This document shows positions 63,466 to 64,000 of a stretch of DNA of 64,000 nt, piece after piece. The translations under genes were made by a program, and so were the position numbers. Each line of letters starts with the position of its first letter. Position 1 is the stretch's first letter. The notes under the pieces were generated by a model, which had not been told where the DNA came from, did not search any database, and saw only the letters and a list, made by a program, of their open reading frames with translations. The DNA comes from Octopus sinensis (lineage: Eukaryota). The stretch spans positions 20,274,001-20,338,000 of the forward strand of contig NC_043006.1 of assembly GCF_006345805.1 (NCBI RefSeq). Direction: 5' to 3'.

Positions 63466-63882
63466 GGCTCTATACAAAAAGGGTCCAATAAAATAAACAA
63501 CTATCACAACAGGCTGGATCCCAAACAAAAAGCACAGAACGCACAATACAAACACTAATACAACAAAAGACAGCAACCAAACTTCACAACAAATCGAAAT
63601 AATGCAATACAACACCAAGAGTAGTTTGCATCCCACTAACAAAAAAGAACACACAATCTACAGTCAACAACAGAAATCCTTGAACCACTTTCCGTCAACT
63701 GAATTATTCAATTTTTTTCTATACATCTTATTAATAACAACTCAAGCATAATATAGATCATGATTGTAAGAATAAAATTTATTAACCAAACACTTTAAAT
63801 AATGTCAATGTACAACCCACTGGCTGTTTTCAACTGGAACACATTAGGGAGGAGTAGTGGTAAGGGTGATTCAATAACTTAC

Positions 63883-64000
63883 TTTGGTCTCAAAACTGCA
63901 GTACATGCTCACCACAAACGGGTTGTCAGTGAATGTGAGAATGTCCCTCTCAACAAATGCTTGTTCAGTTTGGTTGCGCATGAGTAAATGCTGTTTGCCT
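63883..64000 (-). CDS. MAST: MAST exon (kinase subdomains III-IV), cut by the window edge; not in the ORF track
   Basis: [39 protein letters not shown] followed by a GTAAGT donor. Confidence 0.96.

Overview
AT-rich animal genomic DNA. The repeat landscape points to an octopod cephalopod, which is an inference. Two genes converge. On the + strand is the last coding exon of RAD23 (UBA2 domain, 1835-1960). On the - strand is the 3' part of a MAST-family kinase: 13 phase-consistent exons from 64000 to 36523 (kinase core, AGC C-tail, low-complexity linker, PDZ, Ser/Pro tail), plus a candidate 54-nt cassette exon. The ~25 kb between the genes and the introns are packed with mobile DNA. These include three tRNA-headed SINE families (called A, B and E here), a headless (GAT)n-tailed retroposon with 5' tandem units (C), several CR1/L2-group LINE relics, a deleted mariner, TTAA-flanked piggyBac-like MITEs, a non-autonomous Helitron, long palindromes and microsatellites. 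The main leads are: (1) MAST codons, clustered in the PDZ, where one A-to-G change restores the conserved residue (candidate A-to-I recoding); (2) a SINE-LINE pair sharing a covarying 3' stem-loop; (3) GGTAY target preference of SINE B, including a 48-bp TSD; (4) a partial HDV-like fold inside a SINE. Homologue comparisons are from memory; no searches were run.
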